Assembly: GCA_013265495.1 (NCBI GenBank)
Contig: MU058557.1
Location: 62,001-126,000, forward strand
DNA: 64,000 bases
Origin: Vicugna vicugna
Taxonomy: Eukaryota
Direction: 5' to 3'
The position numbers and the translations under genes were made by a program. Shown piece after piece: positions 1-11,600 of the stretch (positions within the stretch are counted from its first letter, which is position 1; every line of letters begins with the position of its first letter). Below the pieces are notes generated by a model. The model searched no databases and was not told the origin of the DNA. It was given only the letters and a program-made list of their open reading frames with translations.

Positions 1-399
1 GTGGGAACTGAGGAAGGAGACTAGGGGCCTTACAATGTTCCTGCAAGGTTTCTGTAGGATTCAGGCGATCTCAGTGTGGACAACGTGCACCAGTCTTCGA
101 CCACAAGAGCATCTGGACTGTGGAAGGAGCCCGTTTGCAGAGGGTTCAAGGCAGCCCAGGTGGGGGCGGGGGATCTAGCCCCTTGCTGGGACAGGCTAGC
201 CTGTGACCGCAGCCCACAATGGAGAACAGCCGAAGGACGCTGCGCCCAGCCTAGCCGTCCGGGGACGGTGGGAGAGGTCAGTAGCGTGGGGCATGGGAAG
301 CCACCTGTGTCTCTCCCCTCCAGGCCACAACCAGTGAAGCGTCCACAACTAGCGAAGGTGCGTCTGCCCAACACGGGAGGACCCCGGAGATTCCCACAC

Positions 400-2956
400 T
401 CCTGCACATCTACAGGTGAGTCGGCAGGACCACAGAGGAGGCCGACCCCAGGGGGCAGGGGATGCAGCGCCTGAATCCCGTGGCGGCCGAGCCTGCTGCC
501 CCAGAGGACCGGGTTGCAGCAAGGGAGGCGGAGCGCACGACGCCGGACCGCCGGCTGCATCCGCACCTGCAGTCACAGGTAAGCGGGCAGCAGCGGCAGC
601 GGGGCCTGTGCCCCTGTCCCTCCAGCCGCTGGGGCGCCCCCACCGCGGCAGCAGAGCCCGCGAACCTTGCAGCAGCAGACAGGGAGGAGGGGCCAGCTCC
701 ACCCTGCCCGCCTTCCCGGTCCCCCTGCGGCTCCTCTTGGGGTCGCGGATTCCAGGGAGGAAGCCACCATCCCCGCGCACTAGGTGGCGACGCCAGCGAC
801 ACTGGCACCAAGGACTCTGAAGGCACAAGAAGCGAAGACGGGGGCACGCGCGACACGCGCACAGAGGCGGTGGAGGGTGCAAGGCGCCGAACCCCAAGCA
901 CAACGGAGGAGCGCGGGACCGAGACCACAGCTTGTGTTATGGCGCCACCTGCTGGAGAGCGAAAGAAAGGGCCCCGATTTCTGCCTGTCCGCACGTGAAA
1001 GGCGCCCGGTGGAAGACAGCACCAGCGGGGGACCCGCTCATCAGCCACCGCCCAGAACCACAGCCACACAGAGACGCGGCGGCGGCGCTCCGGAAGCCGC
1101 AGGAAAGGCCGTGGAAGGCTGCAGCCTAATGGACAGACAAGTCAGATCCGCTGTCACAAAGACACGCGGCCAGCGACTCTCAGGAAGGCAGTTCAGTGGG
1201 CTCGGGAGTAAAATTGATGAACGGAGGAAAATCCTTACCAAAGAGATTGAAACCCCAGGAAAGAATCGAACAGGACTGCTGGAGCTGAAGAACCCAGTAA
1301 GCCAGACGAAGACCATGTGGAAGAGAGACTCAGCGAGCTCGCAGACAAACCGAGCAGTGACACCGGTAGAGGGGGAAAGAGAACTAGGACACTGAGCGAT
1401 GAAGAAAGTCCATGGGAACGACCTGACTCTGTGAAAGGCAATGTCAGGGCAGTGGGTGTCCCAGGAGGACAAGAGACAGAACGGGAGTGAGAACTTCCCA
1501 ACCCGGGGAAGGAGCCGGCACACAAACCCATGAAGGCAGGAGAACACCTGGTTACCACAATGTGAAAAGGCCTTGTCCGAGACACACTGTATCAGAAGTG
1601 TCAGAAGGCAACAGTTGGGGAGGGTGTAGCTCAGTGGTAGAGCGCGTGCCTCGCATGCACGAGGTCCTGGGTTCAATCCCCAGCACCTCCATTAAAAATA
1701 CATACATACATGCATGCATACATAGATGCATGCATGCATGCATACACCTATTTACCTCCGCCTCAAAAGCAAAAGTCAATGACGAAGAAGTTCAAAGGCA
1801 GCCAGGGAAAAGAACGGTCAACTGCAAAGGAACCCCCATTAAGCCATCAGAGGACTGCGCATCAGAAACCCTACAGGCCAAGAGGGAGTGGGAGGGAGTG
1901 GAACGACGTTCTCAAAATGCTGGAAGGTAAAAACTGTCACCCAATCATACTCCATCTGGCACAGCTCTCATTCAAATGTGAAGGAGAAATGAAGGATTTC
2001 CCAGACAAACAGAAGCTGAGGGGTTTCATTGACATTAGACCTTTCTTATAAGGAATGTTGAAAACAGCTTTTCTACTAGAAACAAAAAGGCAAAAGTCCA
2101 CAAAACTTTGAGCAAAGTGATAAATAGAATCAGAACATTGCGACTCAACAGAACAGAGCTTCAGACAGCTTGTTACAGCGTGAAGGCTAAGAGGGAAAAT
2201 CACTCTAGCTGCTTCAGCCTGGCAACAAGCTCACGGTGCAAAAAGGGGCCACCTGAGGCGCAAAACACACGGGGACAGGGAAGGAGCCGGTACAGGCAAA
2301 GGAAGGCACGTGCTGTCAGCAGAAAAAGGCCTGTCACCTCTGTGACGCTTTACACAGTCCTCGTGGTAACCACAAAGCAAATCCAGAGCAGAGACACGTT
2401 AAAACATAAAAAAAAGAGGAAACAGAAAAATATCATAGAAAATCACCAAACCAAAACGGCAGAAAGAAACACAGGGAACAAATAACAGACACAGGAATGA
2501 AGAAGACGTGGTGTGCACACAGTGAAGTACTGCTCGGCCTTTTTTCAAAAATGATGAAATCTTGTCATTTGTGACAGCATGGATGGACCTGGAGGGAACT
2601 ACGCTGAGGGAGCTAAGTCAGATGGAGAAAGACTAATGCTGTATGATGTCAGTCACATGCGGAATATGAAAACAGACGAGCACACAAAAAAGAAAAATCA
2701 ATGAACAAAACCAAACAAGAACACACGGACACAGAAAACGGAGCAGCGGTTACGGGGCTGGGGGTGAAATGAGTGGAGTCCAGTGACGGACGGAAACTGA
2801 GTTGCTGGCGGTGAGCGTGCCGAAGGGTCTACAGGCAAACGTGCTGTACATATGAAACTTACACAGTATTATAAACCAGTGTTACCTCAATAAAAAGTAA
2901 ATCTTAAAGAAAGGAGAAAAGAAAAGAAAAGAAAAGAAAAGAAAAGAAAAGAAAAA
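400..2956 (+). mobile_element. Degenerate L1 with 5' region, ORF1, inter-ORF spacer and 3' end but lacking nearly all ORF2 (HAL1-like structure)
   Basis: ORF1p peptides (KEIETPGKNRTGLLELKN; KGTPIKPSED..SETLQAKREW; WNDVLKMLEGKNCHPIILHLAQLSFKCEGEMKDFPDKQKLRGF) at ~1130-2080. L1 ORF2-end/3' UTR sequence from ~2495, AATAAA at 2889 and a (GAAAA)n tail. The left boundary is approximate. Confidence 0.8.
1617..1774 (+). mobile_element. tRNA-derived SINE (camelid Vic-1-like) inserted in L1 ORF1
   Basis: GGGGAGGGTGTAGCTCAGTGGTAGAG...GGTTCAATCCCCAGCACC head with Pol III A/B boxes, followed by a (TACA/TGCA)n internal tract. Confidence 0.88.
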
Positions 2957-4902
2957 GAGGCAGTGGGAGGCCTGAGACCGTAAGTGAGATAACCAACTCC
3001 TGGCCGAAGTGACCCCATAGGGCAGGGGCCCGAGACCTGGCCGAGGTTTGGGATAGCCCACCCAGCAGCCACCACCTTCAGGTGACCCTTCAGTGCCCCA
3101 AGGAGCCAAGAATTCCAGGGGGAGCCTGACCCCTGGCCACGCCCCTGGTGGGCATGGATGCCCGGCAGTCGCTCAGGCAGGCTGTGCTGTTTGTGATGCA
3201 GCCTAAGAGCCAGTGTGGGTCCCAGACCCCAGCCCAAATCTCCACAGAGGACATCAAACTAGTCCGAGTGTCATATCAGTCACTTATCCACTTGAAAGGC
3301 CACGCTTACCATGATTCCTTCTAAAACCAGTGGTAAATTTTCTCCCCAAATTGTTGACTCTCGTGAGGGACAAACCCCGCACATGTGCAAATGTGAAAGA
3401 TTGAGACACGGCCCCCAGGGGTCCCACAGCCCCTCCTCCCCCAGTGTGATTCCTTCACGTCAGAGCTGCCCCCTCCCCCGGCACGGCACCACCAGACCCT
3501 CCCCCTGGAGGCCCGAGTGGCCCCCACAGGGCCAGGCTTCCTCCCCTAGCAGGGACCAGACGCCCCATCCTGTCCCACTGGGACCCCCACCCAAGAGGTG
3601 CCAGGACAGGTGACCAGGAGAAGGGTCCCCTTGTCCTGTCTCCCAAACACCAGTATCACAGTCCAGGGGCCCAACGACCTCCGAGATCTCCAAACGCTGC
3701 CCTCAGCGGGACACTCACCACAGGTGCAGCCAGTGCAGCCCGATGACCCAGAGCCAAGGGGTGGCCTAGCACCAGTGAGCCCGGCCTGGCAGGGGTCAGG
3801 ACCCAGGCCGAGCCTGGGCTGGCATCAGGGTGGCCTAGAGCTGGGCTCAGGTAAGCCTGGGCCTGCCTCGGTGCAGGTGGCCCCTCAGGCCACTGCTGGC
3901 CACGGCGTCCGGAGCAGCACCTCTCAGCTGGACCTCAGGAGCCCGCACATGCCGGGCTCTGCTGCTCCCGTGTGGCCATCAGCAGCATCGCACCCACTCG
4001 GCCCACAGGAGGCTCTGCCCAGACCTGGGGCTCCTGGGGCGACAGGGGCAGTGGACAGGGGACACGAAGCAGTGGGGAGGGGCAGAGGGCAAGGGGCAGG
4101 GGGCATGGCCAGCACCACTTGGTGGATGGTGTCCGCGTTCAGCCTGGGGCCCAGTCCGTGTGCATCCTGGGTCCAGTCCTCCCTGCCCCGCCCCCCGTCC
4201 TTTCAGGCAGGTGAGCTCTGGGCTCCTTGGAACCACCTTAAAGGAAGGGTCACACTGGGTGCCGGGCACACCGGGGGGCCCTGCGCCTGGGCTCCTGCGT
4301 CGTCAGATGTGTCAGCTATCCTGACACGTTGAACTCGAAACTGAGATCACTGCTGATCGCTTTTCAGACCTATTTGACAGCAACTGGGCTCAGTGAGAAG
4401 TTTATCTCATGCCCCACACCTCATCAACCTAGCCCTGGGGTATTAAAGGATTTTGGAGTTGAAAACGAACCTACAAAGAGCTCTTCTGTGCTGGACGCAC
4501 AAGTCAGAATCCTGTGAAGTCCCCCCTGTGTGAAGTGATGTCTGTGACGTGTGGCTATAACCCAGCAGCCTGGACACACACCTCTGGGCAGCTCAGTGCA
4601 GCCATACAAGGTCCGTTCCTAGTCTGTATAAATCAGCCAGGTATAAAGCATTAGAAATATTTAAACTCTTGTAAGATAACCAGCTCTATTATCTAAAAGC
4701 ACAGTCATAAAACTGAATACTTTTCTTGAATTCAAATAAGAAATCTACATTTCTTTGGGTCAAATGCGAAGGCAATAACAAAGCAATTTCCATACATTTC
4801 ACCACTAAAGGATACTGTAGTTTTCATTTATGTGCTTAATTTTACAAAAGACATCATGTTATTACTTAAGAACAACTTTACTGGATTTTAAATGTCTTTT
4901 TT

Positions 4903-5039
4903 GACTTGGTTGGTTTTTTTTTTAGTGGGGGGAGGTGATTTAGGTTTGTTCATTTATTTAAGAAGAAGTGCTGTGGATTGAACCCAGGACCTTGTGCATG
5001 CTAGGCACGCACTCTACCACTGAGGTACACCCTCCCCTC
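4903..5039 (-). mobile_element. tRNA-derived SINE (Vic-1-like)
   Basis: Reverse-complement SINE head and tail. TSD TTAAATGTCTTTTT at 4888 and 5040. Confidence 0.88.
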
Positions 5040-5048
5040 TTAAATGTC

Positions 5049-5854
5049 TTTTTTTTTTCCAGAAAAATGTAACGGGTTTATTTATAATTGCTGTGAAGTT
5101 GAACTGCTGAAACTTGTTCACTGAAACATTTTGACTTGCATCGATGTTTTGTATCCCTCATTTGTATTAAAAATTCACACACAAATGAAAATAGAAAAAC
5201 CGCCAACACCTGATTTCCATCCCCTATTTTTCCACCTGCAATCGTATACTTAGGTACCTTTTGATCCCATGGAATAAAAATACCTAACGTTCAGAACTAC
5301 CAATAACAGGAAGACGAGTTTTTTGGTTTTTTTTTAAGAATGAAATGTTTCCCGTCATAGTGGATTCTTAAGCACGTTCTCCACATGTGCGGCATGCTAG
5401 CTGGATGTCTTTTGGCATAACTGTTACATGTTTGGCACGGACAGCACACAGGTTGGTGTCTTCAAAAAGGCCAGCCAGATAGGCCTCCCTTGCCTCCTGC
5501 AAAGCACCAACAGCTGCACTGTGGAAGCGCAGTCTGTTCTCAAGTCCTGAGCAATTTCCCGCACCAGGCTCCGGAAGGGAAGTTTGAGCATCAGTTCGGT
5601 GGACTTTGGTAACGTCCGACTGCACGGGGTGCCGCACCAGGCCTGTGACGACGAGGCTTCTCCGCCCCTCCACCAGGGGGCGCACGCCCGCGAGCGGCGC
5701 TTGGAGCCAGTTGCTTCCTCGGCGCTTTACCACCGGTCGATTTGCGGGCAGCCCGCTTTCCACGAGCCGTGGTATAGAGGTCTCCTTACTTACCCCGCTT
5801 CTCCTTCGGCTGGAGCTCGGCAAGCTAGAGGCGGCGCTGGCTTTGGAGAGCGAC
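5049..5854 (-). pseudogene. H3-3A: Processed histone H3.3 pseudogene (H3-3A/H3F3A retrocopy)
   Basis: Intronless. Contains the H3F3A-type 5' UTR, a CDS remnant at 5770-5368 (ATG->ACG, 403 nt, frameshifted; ...[26 protein letters not shown]...GERA*), the H3F3A 3' UTR and poly(A) at 5049-5058. TSD TT(A/C)AATGTCT at 5040-5049 and 5855-5864. Confidence 0.93.
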
Positions 5855-7625
5855 TTCAATGTCTCTACTGACTAATTTTTTAATAACCTTAGGCGCTTCG
5901 CCGCAGTGCTGGGGCTCGGGCGCCCCTGGTGGCCATGCTATGCCATTGCGTGTTCTGCCAGCCCCGCCCCAGCCAGGTGGGCTCTCAGGCAGGTGAGCTT
6001 TGCGGGCATCCCATCTGACAGCATAAAGCTCACCCTCCCCTCCTCCCCGTCCTGCTCATGGTCAAGTCCCAGAGTAACGTCGCCTGGCGGGGAGGCCCTG
6101 ACATAGCCCCACCAGCCTGGTCTCCTCTGCACGTCACCTACCCACTTACCTACATGACACTGTCCCCCCCACGGGTGCAGGGCCTCTCCCCCTAGGAAGT
6201 GAAAGCCAGCACATCCTCAGCGACACACACGCTAAACTGACAGGGGCCGGGGTGGAAAAGGAGATGGAAGCAAAGGAAATTTTGGAATCTGCAGGCGGAG
6301 ACGTGGTGATCAAGTCACAAGCTGAAATCTCAGTCAGCAGCCAGGAAAAAACACAGCAACCCAACTTCCACTGCAGCACGGGAAAGGCTGGGTACCTGGG
6401 GGCGTCAGGATGGGCCCGGGGGCGTGTCCGAGAGCAGAAGACCAGGGGACAGACAGCAGAGAAGACCCTGAGCCCAGACGGGTGAGGGCAACTTTATAAG
6501 GAACCACCAGACTTTCTGGGTCAGTTTTGAACTTGGGAAGGCATGTCCACCTCCATCCAGAACCGCCGCACCGCTAAGCGGCCTGGAGCATTTCCACTTC
6601 CAGCCTTTAGTGCAGGGAGGCCGGCCAGGGACACGGGGCTCAGGCAGACACAGCAACTGCCACGCAGGGTCACTTAGGCCGGAACAGGAAGAGGCGTGTC
6701 CAGACACACGAGGGCCAAGAGAACCTCTGCCCACAAACCCATTCTGGGTCTGTTAGGGCAAAACTCAGTGGTGTGACACAAGGAAAAGTCAGTGGCATGG
6801 CTCACATGAGCGAGGTCCCTGCCTCCCTCCATGAACGAAGTCAGAGACCAGGCAGGGCAGGTGGGGCAGCTTGAAAGTCCCTGGTGCAGGTGACCCTGGT
6901 GGTTCTCAAACCCACCAGCACACGCGCTTTCCAGCTGGAGGGGGCATCCGGGAGAGGAAGGGGCCTTCATTCCAGCAGCGGAGCCTCGGCCCAAGTTGGG
7001 TTGCAGCTCTAGGATGGCTGGCAGCCCAGGAGGAGCCTCCAGAATGTTCTTCCGCAGGAGGTGGGGAGGCCAGGTGGACCTGTGCGGAGAAACCTAACCA
7101 GCAACTCGGCATGAAAGAACGAGTGAATTTTGCACTTTTAAAGCAAAGCAAGAACCTGAACAGTAGTCCGCTGAGGGGAGAGGAGCCCAGCAGGAAGTAA
7201 AGGGGCCGGCATCTGGCCATGCCAGGGAGGAGCACCTAGATGCTCACTGTGCGCCTCTTTAGCACATGTGGAGCTCAGCGTACACAGAACATTCACTAGT
7301 GCTCAGTCCACTCATCTTCTTTAAAAGGGAAGTAAATTCTGACGCCTGCTGCAGCGAGGAGGCGTCTGCAGGGCAGGATGCTGGGCGAAGCAAGCCAGAC
7401 ACAAAAGGACAGAGCTTGTGTGAAGCTGTGAGAGCAGGCAGAGAACTAGGTGTGAACAGAGGAAGGGGGCAGGAGACCACGCATCTTGTGAACAACGGGG
7501 GTCCTTGGAAAGACAGAGAAAAGCAGGAACCTCTGGGCAGATAAGCAGTCACACCTTGTGGAGTGACAAGTGGCCTGGAAGCTGACAAAAAAAGGTGGGA
7601 AAGGCAGTAATCTCCAGTGTCCGAA

Positions 7626-8075
7626 TGTAATCTTTTCCTCATTATGCCCTCATTTCAATAAAATTAGCCTTGCAGATCAGAAGCAACCATCATGCACAGA
7701 CGCCATGACACTTCCGATCCAGACTAAATAAGGACAAAAGTCCCTCCTGCCCTGGGGAAGGTGGAGCTGGGATGATGATCAGGGAATATGACCCCCACCT
7801 CCTCCCTCCCCAGTGAATATTCCATCTATTCATTTTTTTTCACTTGAAGTGTAGTCAGTTACAATGTGTCTATTTCTGGTGTACAGCACACACCCATTCA
7901 TTTTACACCCTATGTAACCAACTTGCCAAGGAGACTCAGGGCAGGGGCTCACCTGAGCTGCCTGCTCTCCCCTCGAGAGCGTCTGATCGCTTAATAAATC
8001 CTCGCCTTACTTTCTTAACTTCCCTCTCTTGTCTCCAAATTCTTTCTGCAACAAGACAAGAACCTAGCCTCTGGC
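7626..8075 (+). mobile_element. Probable solo ERV LTR with a short antisense L1 3'-end insertion (~7832-7895)
   Basis: Starts with TGTAA, has AATAAA at 7993, and ends in an ERV1-like U5 (AATTCTTTCTGCAAC..AAGAACC). Family not identified. Confidence 0.55.
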
Positions 8076-8099
8076 AGCGCACTGGTCCACAGTCCCTGG

Positions 8100-8330
8100 A
8101 GTGACAAATCGCAGAGAGAGAAAGCATGGTGGGGGCCTGGGGCTGGGGCTGGGGGAGTGGGGGCGTGAGGACAGAGCTTCTGTCTCACAGGATGAGAACG
8201 GTTCCGGAGATGGGTGGTGATAGTGGTCGCACAACCATGTGAATGTCCTTAACGCCACCGAGCTGTTCACTTAAAAATGGGTAAAATGGTAAATTTTATA
8301 TTATATTTTACCACAATAAAAAAATAGTGA
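8100..8330 (+). mobile_element. Old L1M 3' UTR fragment
   Basis: GATGGTGGTGATAGT..CACAACCATGTGAATGT..CACTTAAAAATGG..ACCACAATAAAAAA, a typical L1MB terminus. Confidence 0.7.
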
Positions 8331-8629
8331 ACAAAATTTACCACCCTGAAAAATGTTCAATGGTGAATTACACAAGACATTTTTTTTTAGTCCTACGTTC
8401 CAAACTAACAGCAGACAAAATGTAGGATGGAAAAAGTGACTGATCCAAAAGACAGTGGGGTGGGCAGGGAGTAAAAAAAACAAAAGATGACAAACACATA
8501 AAATAAGGTGGTAGAAGAAGGTCCACATGTAACAGAATTCACCAGAAATGAATACAGATTGATTTCGCCTTTTGAATGTAGCATTTAAACAACAAAGTTC
8601 ACCTCTGAAGCCAAACTGCACAGAGAGTG

Positions 8630-8985
8630 CCCCAGTCAGCTCGGGGCCCTGCAACAAAACACCACAGACGGGGGACCTCAAACAGCAGACAACTATATCT
8701 CACCGTCCTGGAGGCTGGACGTCCCAGATCAAGGTGCCAGCATGGCCGGGTCCTGTGAGGACCCCTCCTGGCTTACAGGCGGCTGCCTTCTTGCCGTGTC
8801 CTCAGCGGTGGGGAGAGCGCTGCAGTCCCTCCCCCTCATGAGGGCAACAACCCCGTCATGGGGAGCCACCCCCGTGACCTCACCTAACCCTGCTCACCCC
8901 CCAGGGGCCCCGCCTGCAAACACCACCCCACTGGGCTAGGGCTTCAGCGTACGGATTCTGCGGGGACACGACATTCAGTCCACAG
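8630..8985 (-). mobile_element. MaLR (MLT1-type) LTR
   Basis: AACAAAACACCACAGAC..TCTCACCGTCCTGGAGGCTGGA..AGATCAAGGTGCCAGCA..ACATTCAGTCCACAGCA. Confidence 0.7.
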
Positions 8986-11369
8986 CAGAGGGTTTGAGGA
9001 TAAAGGGCGGTAACTCATATACCATGAAAACACAAGTCCAATCAAAGCACGTGGCACAAAGCTGTTGGCAGAATGGAACGCAAGGCAAACCGCACGAGTA
9101 GCAATTGCACAGACGCTCAGAGTAACAAAGGGACCAGGCATACGGAACCTGTTACCAACCTGCAGGAACCAAAACCCAGTGGAAAATGTAAGGCAAAAGT
9201 GACAGACATATGGGAAGGTGGCAAACGCAACCGCACATGAGGCGTCAACAAACCGCCCTCGCCCAAGACCAGCAGACTGCTCCGAGGGCAGAACTCCTGG
9301 CGATGCCTCTTCCAAACCCAACGCCTCCTCTCAATTCCCAGGACTTAGGACGACGGGAGGCTTCAGTTTACAGGGCCCAAGGAGGGTGGGGATCCAAGAT
9401 TATCAAAGACAATTGCTATGAAGCTGCAGAGAAAAGCGAAGACCACGTACAGAGCACCAGGGATCAGGCTCACGGGAGACAAAACAGTAATCCTGGGTGC
9501 CAAAGCCCCAGGTGCGGGCGGGGATGCAGGGCTCGCTCACGCAGCCCTGGAAAACCCTGTGGCTTCTCCTGGAGGAGGTCAGCAGCCCCTTGCCTGTGTC
9601 CCGACAGCTTTACTCCGAAGTCTGTAAACCCAGGGAAACTCCAGCCCGAGGGTGAGAGACCACAAGAGTCGTCACACCAGCACGGCTTACGTTAGCAAAA
9701 ATCTGAAAAAATCCAAATATCCACAGATGCGGACGGGATGGGATCGTGCGGGAACAACCACATAAAGGGTCTTTAACTGGCACGCGGAATGAATGAAGAC
9801 AGGCGACAGTATGGGTGAATCTTAGCAAAACTCAGAGTGAAAAAGCCAGAGAGGAACATACATAGCATGACACCCTTCATAAAATTAAAAACAACCGAAG
9901 TCAAAATAAACACTCAGAAATACACACTGATTCAGTAACTGCACAACAAGGGAACCGAAGGAAAGGCACTCCCAAAGCTCAGGGTGAAGGAGCCCGTGGA
10001 CGCGGCAGGGGCGGGCGGGGGACCGCCGTGAGACGCAGTTACTGTCAAGACCCCAGCTTCTGCTCTGGGCGGCCGGTCTGCAGGCGCCTGCTCCCTTATT
10101 TCAAACAACAAATTAAAGAGCTGATCCTGTGAACAAACGCACAGCCCGCACGGACCAGAGCAGGGCGCTTCCTGGCACCTGACGTCCACTTAAAGAGAGA
10201 AGATTGCACCCGGAATTTACACAGGCTTCCTCCAAAGCAGCAAGACAAAGGCGACCTAACAGAGCAACGGATACAAATGATTCCTGGAAGAGGGGCCATG
10301 ACCCCGTGAGTGACCAAGGACATCTGGACACAAACCCGCCATCCCCGCCCCGTCACGGGGGCGAAGCCGACAGTGCCATGCGCGCCAGGGCTGCAAACCT
10401 GGAATGCCGGCTGGCAAGAGTGCACATGAGAGCAAGTGCTCTGGAGGAAGGGACAAAACTGAAAAGTCTAGTAAAATTAGAAGGTGCTGCTCTTAAGGAG
10501 ATGCATAAGTGGCCCCCGTGTGGCCCCACTTCCTCCACAGCAGGAGACTCTCCTCTGGACACCCAGGCACCCTTTCCCTGGACTACCCGGCAGCTCAGTG
10601 GACCCACATGTCCAACTTCAGGACTGTGGGGTGCAAGCCAGGCGCCTCATGCCAGTTTCTGAGAACCAGGAAAAGAGATCTGACAAGTGTCTCCTTTCCA
10701 GGTCTTCAGCACCTGTCGGCCACAGCTGAGACCTGCAAGGAGTGTGAGAGCAGGACTCACGGAGAAGCCACATGAGGGGGGAACATGTGTCCCCGATGGG
10801 CTGGACCAGACCAGACTGGAAGCCTGGACAGCCTTCCAGACTCGCCTGGGAGACACAGATATCCACATCTTCTGCCCACTGTCATCTCCAGTTTCATCAT
10901 GTCTCTGGGGGGATGTGGACGTGTCCACTGTCAGTGGACAGTCAGCCTGCCTTCCTAAGTGACCCAGCACCGGTAAAGATGGAGCTGGCCCCACACTGGC
11001 AGAGGAGAGGCACCAGGGCGATCCCAAAGCCAGTCCGTCTTACACTGTGAAGGGGTGGCCATGGGGCAGCCACTGGGCATCCACAGCAATGCCCTGCCCA
11101 CGAACACAGCAGGCGTCTTCCTCACCTGTCCTGACCCCTCTCCGCGTCCAGGCCACTGCCACCTTCCACACTGTCCCCCGGCCCCTCTCAGCCAAGCCTC
11201 CCAGCCCTTGACAGCCACGCCCTCCTCCCTCCCCACCTGCTTTGCTGAACTGCATGTGCCTGGGCCACAGGACACCCAGGGGTCAGGCACGGTGGTTCTG
11301 GGTGTGTTGGCGAGGGTGTCAGCCTTCATCCAGTCTGGAGTCTGAACAGAACACACGGTGCAGGAGGGC

Positions 11370-11600
11370 GGACTCACCCCGGCCTGACCCGGGACGTCTG
11401 TCTGCTCTGTCCGTGGACATCCTCACTCTTGCTTCTTGGTCCTTTGAACCAGACTGAACTACGCCACCGGCTGTCCTGGTCCCAGCCTGAAGCCAGCAGA
11501 TGTGGGACCCCTCAGCCTCCATAATCACGTGAGCCAGTCCCTCCTAACAAATCTCTCTGTGTCTCCCAGCTGGCTCTTTTTCTCTGGGGAACCCTCACAC
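11370..11600 (+). mobile_element. MLT2 (ERVL) LTR fragment
   Basis: CAGATGTGGGAC..CAGCCTCCATAATCACGTGAGCCA..TCTCTGGGGAACCCT. Confidence 0.6.

Noticed and set aside
1617..1690. tRNA-Ala genes (here and at five other sites)
   Set aside because: These are SINE heads with family tails and TSDs, not tRNA genes.
5368..5859. 163-aa ORF as a novel histone H3 variant
   Set aside because: Only the C-terminal third is in the H3 frame; the ATG is lost and the CDS is frameshifted.
6252..6485. 77-aa ORF with globular-looking composition
   Set aside because: No recognisable homology and no convincing splice sites.
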